A DNA stretch of 64,000 nt, from IMG/VR virus record IMGVR_UViG_3300018427_000754. The stretch is one strand, 5' to 3'. Of this stretch, positions 10,601-19,300 are shown piece by piece. The DNA comes from an uncultured virus (IMG/VR IMGVR_UViG_3300018427_000754). Taxonomy: Duplodnaviria; Heunggongvirae; Uroviricota; Caudoviricetes. Within the stretch, counting starts at the first letter, position 1; every line of letters starts with the position of its first letter. The notes under the pieces are model-generated. The model saw nothing but the letters and a program-made list of their open reading frames with translations. It made no database searches and had not been told where the DNA came from. A program made the translations under genes and the position numbers.

Positions 10601-13600
10601 CCAGATTCTTCTTGGAATTGTTCAGGTTTCCAAGAGAATAGAATACTGTCTCATCTGGCTGTACTGTCATAGGGCCTACCTGTACGGCTTCAGTTCCTGT
10701 ATTGTGAAAGAACAGAACCGCCATATGACTTTCTACCGTATCTCTTACACGAGGGTCAGCTGCCCTTGCCGCTCTGATATATGGCTGGAAACGGTTGTAC
10801 CACTCAGATACGAGCATATTATTGACATGTTCTTGAGAAGCAACGTTCGTCTTATAGTTAAAATAATTAATACCGATAGAATTCTCGGTCATGGAATATA
10901 CATCAATATGGCTTCCATCTTCAAGCACGAATCCTTCTGCGCAATTGAAGTCCTCATTACATCCGGCAAGGATATATCCAAGGGAAGATGTACCTTGTGC
11001 CTTGTCGATTACTCCATTCGCTGTCCAGGAATGTGCCGCGCCGCCTTTGACGTATTTATGGGTAAGGAAACCTTTAATTTCCTGTGTCTTTGCAGTAGAA
11101 ATATTTGGCGCATGCCAAATAAGTACACGGAGACCCGGGTTGCGTGTCGCCACCTTATCCGGATCCAGTTTTCCAGAGCTGTCATAGACCTGGTTTCTGT
11201 CATGTCTGCTTGTAATTTCTGTTCCGTCCTTGCCATCAGCGATAAAGTTCGCCTTGATTTCTTCTCTTGTAAGGTCTCTTGTATAGATACGGACTTTATA
11301 GATGATAACGTCACACTCATCAGAACCGATAGTAATTCCTACCGGATTTGTCTGACGGAAGTTATCATTTGTTGCATAGATTTCTGCCTGCGCAGGCGTT
11401 CCATTTTCCCACAGCATCATAATACGGTGGTCGGAATCGGATTCAATGTTTACATCAAGCTCAGATTTATAATCTTCACAGGATGGATATTCAATGGTCG
11501 TCTGCTCACTCTTCATGAGGATTCCATTGGCATTGACCTTTACGCCTATGTTGTCAGCCATACAGCTGATGGCATTGGCTTCATAGTTGGAACAATTCGT
11601 CACTTTGTAAATGAACTTAAATTCCCTTCCTGAAATACGTGCATCTGTAGCAAACATATTGTAATTAATGGTCAATCTGTCTCCCTTAATGACTTTCAAA
11701 CATTTGATTCCTTCTTCATCCGTCTGAATGCCGCCATTATGAGTATCGAACTTCTCTGATAAGGTCACCCCGATATCTCCATATGTGAAATTCGGAAGGT
11801 CCGTGATGTCGTTCGGATCAAGTTTGAACAACAGATTGCTGGTAATCTCGCTGATTTCGGCATCAAGACCTGATACTGTAATTGTCTCGCTCCATTCTGC
11901 CCCTCCACAACGGATAGCAAGCTTGACTTCTCCAGCCTCTGTAGTACGGTAGCTCCATACATGTTCATTCTGGTCGAGACTATCTGTCGCATACAACACA
12001 TCGTTCACATAGTACTCTACCGTTGCAGGATTGCTTCCCGGATTAATGACTCTGTGAGGGATTGCAATAGTAGAATACTGGCTGACTTCTTTCGAAGAGA
12101 GGTTCGCAGCGATTACTACTGTACCGTCTCCTTCTTCTGTCTGAGCGACAGCACAAGTCAATGTATCTGACGGAAGGATAGAGCTTCCTAAGGTCATTGT
12201 TCCATACCCGGAAATAATATGTGCCCCTACGGAGAGAGGCACTGAGAAATCGACTTTGCGTCCGGAGGTCGTCACCTCCTGCATATCATATTCACTTCCA
12301 TCCACAGTGAGATAAAGTCTCTTTGTACCAGAACCTGTCGGTGTCATGGATACATTCAGAGGCCCGCTGTTCTTCGCAGTAGCGCCCAGGTTCCATTCGA
12401 TCAAGAATGTTTCTACCGTGATAGTGAGATTTCTGGTCGCTGTTGCGCCATATGAGTCGGTCATCATCAGTTTTACTGAATTGGAACCGACTGCCAGATG
12501 CTCGAAGATATCGATTGGGATATTGTCTCCCTGAGGAACTGTCTTGTTCTCTTTCAGGACACCTCCTACATAGATAGAAAGGTTTCCATCTCCTGTCTCG
12601 ATGCCCGTTGCAGAGTCAACAGAAGTAAATCGGAATTTTACCTGTGCTGTTTTATTCGTCTGCAGTACAGAGAAGTTTGAGTTCGTATACATAGCAAAGA
12701 CCAGTCTGGAACCTGTAGAGCCACCTCCGACTGTTCCGATGTAAATAGGGTCATACCCTTCAATGTCTTCTCCATCCAGTGTCAGATGAAGATATCCATC
12801 TTCTGACATATATCCGGAATTGAATGCCAGACCTCCGGAACCGCCGCCAGTAGCGACCAGTTCAACACCTTCACTGACGATATTACCATCGTTCGTGAGA
12901 TAGAGTTTTCCATCTTCGCCAATGGTAAAACCATTCGCATAGTTCTTACAGCTCTTACTGAGCAGATCAAACGCAGTACTCAGATTCTTGAAGGAATTCT
13001 GAAGGGTAGTTAAATCCGTACCCATATGTTTGATAGTGTCTAAAAATGCTTTGGCAAGCTTTTCTTCCGTTACTGCTCCATCTGACATCTTGTCGGTGGT
13101 CACTGCACCGTCTGCCATTTTTTTCTCTGTAATAGCTTTTTCTCCAATTTTATCCGTTGTAACTGCTCCATCTTTTATCTTAGATGTATTGACTGCTCCA
13201 TCCTCCAGCTTGGATGTTCCCACAGCCCCATCTACAATCTTAGGATTCGTTACAGAGCCGTCCTGTAATTTCTCAGCAGTTACAGCACCTCTTGCAATTT
13301 TAATGGCTGTAACTGCTGCTTCTGCAAGCGCAGAGGTGCCAAAAGCACCCTCGGCCATCTTGTCAGCAGTAATCGCACCATTGGCAATCTTAGCTGCTGT
13401 AATTGCAAGGTCTTTGATTTCATCTTCTGTAATGGTCTGCGCTGCAATCTTGGCTGCAGTCACAGCCTGGTCGGCAAGTTTATCCGTTGTTACACTGCCC
13501 TCAGCAATGGTCAGGTTCGCAAGGATTCCTTCTGCAAGTGCCTGTACGATTGCGTTATAGAACGCCTCCGTGTTCAGCGTAGGATTCGATACATCGTCAT

Positions 13601-13694
13601 AGCACTGAGCGATTGCATCGTGGATGCTCTGCCGAACGTCCTTCCCAAATCTGGCACTTAAGATCTGGGCGAGTAATGATTCAATGTTGGCCAT
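7674..13694 (-). CDS. DGR target: 2006-aa tail fibre / receptor-binding protein with C-terminal CLec-like (DUF6273-like) domain
   Basis: Follows tail spike; N-terminal AVTxxK repeats; central DNRAKN/YDNDT region; C-terminal GGWDACELRTWLN...YWWLRS...GVCVGF. Confidence 0.9.
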   Translation of the reverse strand: MANIESLLAQILSARFGKDVRQSIHDAIAQCYDDVSNPTLNTEAFYNAIVQALAEGILANLTIAEGSVTTDKLADQAVTAAKIAAQTITEDEIKDLAITAAKIANGAITADKMAEGAFGTSALAEAAVTAIKIARGAVTAEKLQDGSVTNPKIVDGAVGTSKLEDGAVNTSKIKDGAVTTDKIGEKAITEKKMADGAVTTDKMSDGAVTEEKLAKAFLDTIKHMGTDLTTLQNSFKNLSTAFDLLSKSCKNYANGFTIGEDGKLYLTNDGNIVSEGVELVATGGGSGGLAFNSGYMSEDGYLHLTLDGEDIEGYDPIYIGTVGGGSTGSRLVFAMYTNSNFSVLQTNKTAQVKFRFTSVDSATGIETGDGNLSIYVGGVLKENKTVPQGDNIPIDIFEHLAVGSNSVKLMMTDSYGATATRNLTITVETFLIEWNLGATAKNSGPLNVSMTPTGSGTKRLYLTVDGSEYDMQEVTTSGRKVDFSVPLSVGAHIISGYGTMTLGSSILPSDTLTCAVAQTEEGDGTVVIAANLSSKEVSQYSTIAIPHRVINPGSNPATVEYYVNDVLYATDSLDQNEHVWSYRTTEAGEVKLAIRCGGAEWSETITVSGLDAEISEITSNLLFKLDPNDITDLPNFTYGDIGVTLSEKFDTHNGGIQTDEEGIKCLKVIKGDRLTINYNMFATDARISGREFKFIYKVTNCSNYEANAISCMADNIGVKVNANGILMKSEQTTIEYPSCEDYKSELDVNIESDSDHRIMMLWENGTPAQAEIYATNDNFRQTNPVGITIGSDECDVIIYKVRIYTRDLTREEIKANFIADGKDGTEITSRHDRNQVYDSSGKLDPDKVATRNPGLRVLIWHAPNISTAKTQEIKGFLTHKYVKGGAAHSWTANGVIDKAQGTSSLGYILAGCNEDFNCAEGFVLEDGSHIDVYSMTENSIGINYFNYKTNVASQEHVNNMLVSEWYNRFQPYIRAARAADPRVRDTVESHMAVLFFHNTGTEAVQVGPMTVQPDETVFYSLGNLNNSKKNLEVFAQNEEDDVITIELRNNISDQCRMKSADLTGEPWNSDGNFEFRHLAESMDPEEAKQLWQDFLTWVVSCDSEQATNAALDEIVTIDGQSFATDSAEYRIAKFRKEAAEHLVVDSLLFHTLVTLVFSQVDNRAKNTFWTYSNVKKTWHVTFAYDNDTAMGIDNEGSLTLKYGYMDYDKLGTRDVFNAADAVVFCMMWKSFPAEMKEMFLQLENAGAWNLDAFADLCDEQQALACESLWIEDAWRKDIDTLTVNGSTAYISMLNGKKRLQRRNFLHYQRPFISSYFCSSFSQSNRATIRGYTPDGDLAVPAESKMWITPYSDLWVTVQAGTTYYVKRAVAGETVELQLGTSKLNNTEIYPMDAAFLKDLGPLAGLYPGYIDVSPCPKLTRADIGSSVSGYLNTNLTDVGLENAMNLEYVNIENCPNFKKELGLAKNVNVKECYSRGSGVTGVTFADHGRLQKAYLNAVTSITAKNLLYVAEFTLQNYESLLSLNVVNSPSINTLDIATRAVNMIRVRLLEIVWITTVKAYTTLMRLQKMSGIDEAGYNAEKAVVTGSVFFDAISQTKYDTLVNALPDVNFTYGEFLEEHTVTFCNYDGTVLNVQKVEHGGTAEDPITVGYIKTPVKEPDDDFSYTYFKWDVPLENIVEDVTVTATYTQSIRINLVRYLKDGEVLQTYNVPAHGSCAYVGEDLVKSGYVWIGWDKVAEDVVEDMDINAVFIYPKLPATVKDLTKYDYAYSDDPDDNSAYTFGELYSIFKMGRAVDYGFGPGVLLKLIPRKALANGLITDTSMVFRYHAKGHYALADGSGMSNGDFYMVGVMTANRKMNSTNTNVGGWDACELRTWLNDTLFPTFEPGWRNFISLSDTLANAGNQSSNITTSKDYLRIPSHAEVGFDVAAVPYKNEIDANAEEVTFSCYTDNNSRIKKQFNGEGSAQYWWLRSADAGGSVAFRAVNGGGASYTLPANLSYGVCVGFSV
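7687..7801 (-). repeat. DGR variable repeat (VR)
   Basis: Encodes YWWLRSADAGGSVAFRAVNGGGASYTLPANLSYGVCVG; differs from TR only at adenines. Confidence 0.97.
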
Positions 13695-13705
13695 ATCATT
13701 CCTCC

Positions 13706-15631
13706 TTAAACTGTTTCATCGACCGGTTCGTCGATTGTTTCATCAACTGTTTCTTCTACCATCGTCCAGACACCACCGGACACCTTCAGAATTTTTCCTT
13801 CGTCGGCTTCTGTTACAGCCGGAAGGAGCCTTCCGTTGAGGTTCTGCTCTATGTAAGCAGTCAAGGCATTTGAGATTGCTGTATTCAGCTCGTCGTCAGT
13901 ACGTTTATCATCTTCTCCAAGTACCCATTTACCACCGGACACTTTCATGACCTTGCCTTCGTCAGCTTCTGTCAGTTCCATTGGGAGACTTTCTTTCATA
14001 GACACATCAAGCCTTTCATCAACCTTTGTGTTGAGTTCTTCGTCTGTCGGTCCATCCCCAGAAATCGTCCATTTCCCATTAACAATCTTCAGTACCTTTC
14101 CGTTGTCTGCTTCGGACGCATCGGGCGGAAGCTTAGGAAGGACATTCCCTTCCATGTACTCCGTTACTGCTCCGGATACAACAGTTTGTAACTGTGCATC
14201 CGTCAATGTATCGTTATCATCCGTTCCTGTTGTCCAGACGCCACCGGACACTTTCAGAACTTTGCCGTTATCTGCTTCTGTAACTGCAGGAAGAGTAGTT
14301 CCTGAAGCTTCCCCTTTCTCATCCTCTCCCTTTGACCACTTGCCATTTACTACTTTCATAACTTTTCCGTTGTCATCTGCTGTTACAGATGGAAGAGGCG
14401 TGTAGGTTTTTGCCACTGAATCCTTATAGGACGTGAACTCGCTTCTCGGAACATAATCGCCTGTTGCGAGCTGTTCACTGGCATTGTTCGCTGTACTGGA
14501 AGCGGCTTCCGCTGTACTGTAGGCACTGTTGGCCATCTTCATGGATGCAACCTGCTGTTCGGACATCGCCCGGAATCCAGTGCCCAATGTATATACCGTT
14601 TTATCCGGATTTACTAAATCCAGTTCGATTTTTGAGCATAAAAAATAGCTGTCCAGTCCGTGAGGTTCTGAGACAACCCTTATATAATCTCCCAATCTTA
14701 TTTCATCGGTATTTACATCAAGAAGATGGAGGTCTACTGCTTTGATGTTCAGTGTGACCGCCATCTTGATACCGTTCTGCAGATATGCTTTTCCTTTAGA
14801 TAACAGGTTCGATGCCAGAGTGACATCATCCCATACTTCTGTTCTCGTAATACGGCCGAATAAGCTGATTGCTGTTGCATCCTCAATATAGTCGTTTCCG
14901 CCATTAACGGATGCGATCGTAAGCCTGTCTCCTTCATTCCCTTCTTCATCTACCGATTTAGCACCGAGAGGGATAAGGACAGTGAATACATTTTCAGCTG
15001 TTATGTATTCTGTAATATCCAGAAGGTTCTCTCCGAATACGATTTCCTGTCCGGAAACACCGCCCGGATCCGAAGTGTAATTGATAGCATTCTTCCCATT
15101 GGTCAGATAAGACACACTGACATATCCTCCCAATGTGCTGTTCGGCAGCTTTGCCATTACTTCGTCAAAGGATGTCGGATATTCCGTGGAAGACCGTGCA
15201 ATATAGGAATTGCTGTCTTCCACGTCCACTGTTCCAAGCTGGAACTGCTTATCCTCTTCTACCTGCGTATTATGACCTGTGACGTACTTATTCAACAGAT
15301 TCCTTACATTTCCACTGTACTTGTACGGACGGACCACGCTGTCCATCAGACAGGACAGCATGCCCTCGCAGAAGGTCTTCTTTTTGTTGTGGAAGTCCTT
15401 CTCATCGTTCAGCACTCTGCCTTTCCAAATGGTCCTATCATCATTCTTTAACGTGATAAGAGTCTTCAGTTTTTGCAGCTTTCCATACATTGGATTGGTA
15501 GTCGGTAAGGTAAATTCCAGAGAGCCGGATTTGTTCAGCTCCATGATTAGTTTTGGCTTTAGAACAATACATCCATCGTCAATGAGCCGGGGAGAATACA
15601 GTATTTCGTTTCCTGCATAAATTGCATACAT
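13706..15631 (-). CDS. Tail spike / Tal (prophage tail endopeptidase-like)
   Basis: Follows Dit; GSLEFTLP, FGENLLD, LGDYIRV motifs; five C-terminal LPxxTxADxGKxxKVxxGxW repeats. Confidence 0.8.
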   Translation of the reverse strand: MYAIYAGNEILYSPRLIDDGCIVLKPKLIMELNKSGSLEFTLPTTNPMYGKLQKLKTLITLKNDDRTIWKGRVLNDEKDFHNKKKTFCEGMLSCLMDSVVRPYKYSGNVRNLLNKYVTGHNTQVEEDKQFQLGTVDVEDSNSYIARSSTEYPTSFDEVMAKLPNSTLGGYVSVSYLTNGKNAINYTSDPGGVSGQEIVFGENLLDITEYITAENVFTVLIPLGAKSVDEEGNEGDRLTIASVNGGNDYIEDATAISLFGRITRTEVWDDVTLASNLLSKGKAYLQNGIKMAVTLNIKAVDLHLLDVNTDEIRLGDYIRVVSEPHGLDSYFLCSKIELDLVNPDKTVYTLGTGFRAMSEQQVASMKMANSAYSTAEAASSTANNASEQLATGDYVPRSEFTSYKDSVAKTYTPLPSVTADDNGKVMKVVNGKWSKGEDEKGEASGTTLPAVTEADNGKVLKVSGGVWTTGTDDNDTLTDAQLQTVVSGAVTEYMEGNVLPKLPPDASEADNGKVLKIVNGKWTISGDGPTDEELNTKVDERLDVSMKESLPMELTEADEGKVMKVSGGKWVLGEDDKRTDDELNTAISNALTAYIEQNLNGRLLPAVTEADEGKILKVSGGVWTMVEETVDETIDEPVDETV

Positions 15632-16350
15632 TACAAAATCCCTCCCCTGTAATCGATGGATACGGTCCCGTTGCCTGTGAAGTGCAAGGTGTTTGTGCCT
15701 TCTACGATATTCAGATTGATGACACGGCTCGTTCCGTCAGCCAATGTGTATGTCGTGCCATTATTGAGCCTTACCTTCAGGCCGTTCCCGTCATCGGATA
15801 CGACTGTGAATTTGGGCACGACAGGTTTCCTTCTTCCTTCAATAACAAAAGAAAGGGAACCATTCACACGAAGATTCCCATACTCTCTTACTATTCCATT
15901 TTCAAAATCAAACGGATCCCACAGCCAGTCTTCAAGACTGCTGTGCATTTCCATCTTGTATGGCTGACATTCAGCCGTGATAACGACCTCTGCTGTTACT
16001 TCATTGGATTTTTGGGAAGACACTTCAATCAGACCGTCATAATAATATGTCGAGTCGATATCCAGAATGATTCTGTCCCTCATTCCATGAATCTTCCCTG
16101 CAATGTTGCTCAGCAAGTCAGCCCATCTATAATAATTACAGTTCCGGGCATCAAAATAGAATGTAAGCGGTCTTGGCCCATATTCCATGTTTCCCGTGAG
16201 CGATCTGCTCAGGTCAAGAACACCGGAACCGCCCGGCACATCCACCAGAATCTTTTTCAATTCTGGCGTGCCGATTTCAACTTTTTTAAGTCGCAGTCCC
16301 CATTCAGCGAACGAATGGAAACTACCGAATGTTACTCCTGTATGATTCAT
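15631..16350 (-). CDS. Distal tail protein (Dit-like)
   Basis: Between tape measure and Tal; VDVPGGSGVLDLS...W.WDPFDFE. Confidence 0.75.
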   Translation of the reverse strand: MNHTGVTFGSFHSFAEWGLRLKKVEIGTPELKKILVDVPGGSGVLDLSRSLTGNMEYGPRPLTFYFDARNCNYYRWADLLSNIAGKIHGMRDRIILDIDSTYYYDGLIEVSSQKSNEVTAEVVITAECQPYKMEMHSSLEDWLWDPFDFENGIVREYGNLRVNGSLSFVIEGRRKPVVPKFTVVSDDGNGLKVRLNNGTTYTLADGTSRVINLNIVEGTNTLHFTGNGTVSIDYRGGIL

Positions 16351-16351
16351 A

Positions 16352-19300
16352 CTAAACACCTCTCGCTGCCTGGGTAAATCTTCTTCCAAGGTTACGGTCC
16401 ATAAATGGAGTCGTAGCTTCGGCAATCTCTTCTCCATCAAGATCTACATGAACGTGTGTGGTTCCATCAATCTTGACTTCTGTTTTGTTCTCTCTGAACG
16501 ACTTGCCATTCTCCTGCTGAATCTTATAAGTCTCAGTCACGTTGCTCTTTATCTCGATTTTTTCCGCCTCCGCTTTTACGGCTGCCTGCATCTTCTGGAT
16601 AAGAGCATCGACCTGTGATTTCAGGTCATTGGAAAGACGAGGCATCTCTCCATTGAAACCTTTCTCTAAGTCTTTGGCCAGCTCTTTTCCTTTTGTAAGG
16701 ATATCACTTCCCCATTCAATGGCTCTGTCAAGAGTCTTTCTCAGCACTTCCGTAGAACGTTCCGGCATCTCAGAAAGCCCATCTATCATAGTCTTAACGA
16801 GGGAATCGCTCTGTGCTTTCAGGGACTCAAGAAGCCCCGGCATCTCAAGACGAATACCTTCTTCAATACCGGACGGAATCCACTGACCGATCTGGTCTGC
16901 AAATACTGCAGACGGAGAATTGATTTCAAGGGAATCCTTTGCCTGTTCTACCAGTTCAGAAAGGACATTCCTGATGCAGTCATACAGTTCAGAAGTCTTG
17001 TTCCTGATTCCATCGATCATGCTCTGAATGGAATCATCGCCCATCTTCTTGAACTCTGTTGTCATGGTATAGCCAAGGTCTTTCGCCTTGTTCCCAGCTT
17101 CACCAAGGATTACTCCCATTTCTTCCGGCAGACTGCTGATTCCAGCAACACAGTCCGTTTTTGTCTGTGCTGACCAGTTCTTGATATGCTCCAATGTAGC
17201 ATCAAGGTGTCCCTGTACTACATCCGGCATCTGGCTGAATGTGGAAGAAAGACTTCCCATTACGCCTTTGGATGCATCTCCGGCTGTATCCTGTACATCT
17301 GTGCCCCATACGGCCATTTTGTCTCCAATAGAGCTCAAGATTGCAGAGAACTGTTCCGGCATGGCTGCCAGAGCATTCACTGCATTATCAACAAGACTTC
17401 CTGCCTGATTTTCCATGTCAGCATTTACAGAAGGCATTCCAGCATCGATACCAGCCTCAATACCTCCAGGAATCCATTTACCTACTTCGTCAGCAAATAC
17501 CTTGGATGGAGAATTGATGCCGAGAGCTTTCTTTGCCTTATCTACAAGACCGGATAATGCGTTCTTGATGCTGGTGTACAGCTTGCTGACCATGCCAGTA
17601 ATACCATTGATAAGACCTTGTATTACGTTCTTACCAATAGTTTTGAAGTTGCTAACCGCATTACTTCCCCAGCTTTTCGCGTTACTGATGACTTTATCGA
17701 GTTGGGTCTTTACCTTGCCCGGCATCTGTTTGAAGTTGGATTCCACATTTTTCAGCATATTGCTTGCTGAAGCCTTCAAACTGTTAACGGTGTTAGTGCC
17801 CCATGTCTCAGCATTCTTCAGAGCTGTAGTCAGCTGAGCCTGAATCTTGCCCGGCATCTGACTGAAATAGCTTTCTACATTGGTCAGAGTATCGCTGGCA
17901 GATGTCTTAGCGTTATTTAACGTTTCAGTGCCCCATGATTTGACATTCTCTAATGCTGTGGAAAGATGTGAGTCTACGTTTCCCGGCATCTGAGAGAAGG
18001 ACTCTGTAACGTTTGTCAATGTATCGCTGGCAGATGTTTTGGCATTATTAAAGACTTCTGTACCCCATGCAATCACGTTGTCTAGAGCAGATGAGAGATG
18101 CCCTCCCACATTTCCAGGCATCTGACTAAAGAAGTCCGTTACATTGGTAAGCGTATCGCTCGCCGCCTGGCCAGCATTACTCAGCAGGTCACCGCCCCAC
18201 TGGATAACATTGTCCAGTACATTACCAAAAATCTCTCCAGCAAGTTCCGGAAGGCTCTGCAGACCGTTAATGACTCCCTGCACAAGAAAATCTGCTTGTT
18301 CCTGCATAACAGTGGATGGAGAATGGATTCCGAAAAATCCTTTGAACGTGTCTAAAATGCCCGAGCAGAGGTTCGTAATCGCATCCCAAACTCCATTAAG
18401 AGCTCCAGAAATACCGGCTACAATGCCGCCAATAAGGTTCACGCCAAGATCTGCCCAGTCCATGGTAGTGAACATGGTAATCGCATCGTTCGCAATGCCT
18501 TTTAATGTTTCAGGAATCAGTGTCAGGAGGGATTTGACACCATTCACAATGAAATTAATGACATTGGAACCTACTTCCGCCCATCCTCCATTGAGGATTG
18601 TATCTCTGGCAGTCGTACAGATATTTGCCAGAGTTTCCGGAATTGCTGTGGTCAGGGTCTGAATGCCATTCTTAATGAATGTGATGATATTCTTACCAAG
18701 GTCTAACCAGTTGAATGCAAGAAAAGCGGAAACGATAGCTTCAATAATCTCTGGAATATTTGCTACCAGAGTCGGGATTGCCTGCACAAGACCAGCTGCC
18801 AGTTTAACGATTAGTTCAAGACCAGCAGACAATAACTTCGGAGCATTGTCGTTGATGATTCCTGCCAGATTGGTGATAATCGTCGGTACTGTCTCGATAA
18901 ATACCGGGATATTATCAATGAGAGACTGTGCCAATGTCATAATCAGTTCAAGACCGGCATCTACCAAATCTCCCACGTTCTCACGAAGGGTTCCGGAGAA
19001 ATTCATCAGCGCTTCCATTCCGACAGCGATCATTTCAGGAAGATTCTGTTTGATTCCAGATGTCAGCTGGGTCAGCATTTCAATACCAGCACTGAACATA
19101 TCCGGCACTTTGGAAACGATTCCTTCAATCAGAGAAGCCGCAATCTCAATGCCTGCATTTAGGATATTCGGTGCCCATTCGATTACTGTATCTACGATAC
19201 CGGAGATGCATTCGATTGCCGCATCCACCATCTGAGGTGCACCTTCTGCAACGCCTCCTGCCAATTTACCTACCAGAGTAATCGCCGTGGACCATAACTG

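Noticed and set aside
17700..18200. ~120-bp repeats as a second TR/VR pair
   Set aside because: In-frame tape-measure repeats; differences are not confined to adenines
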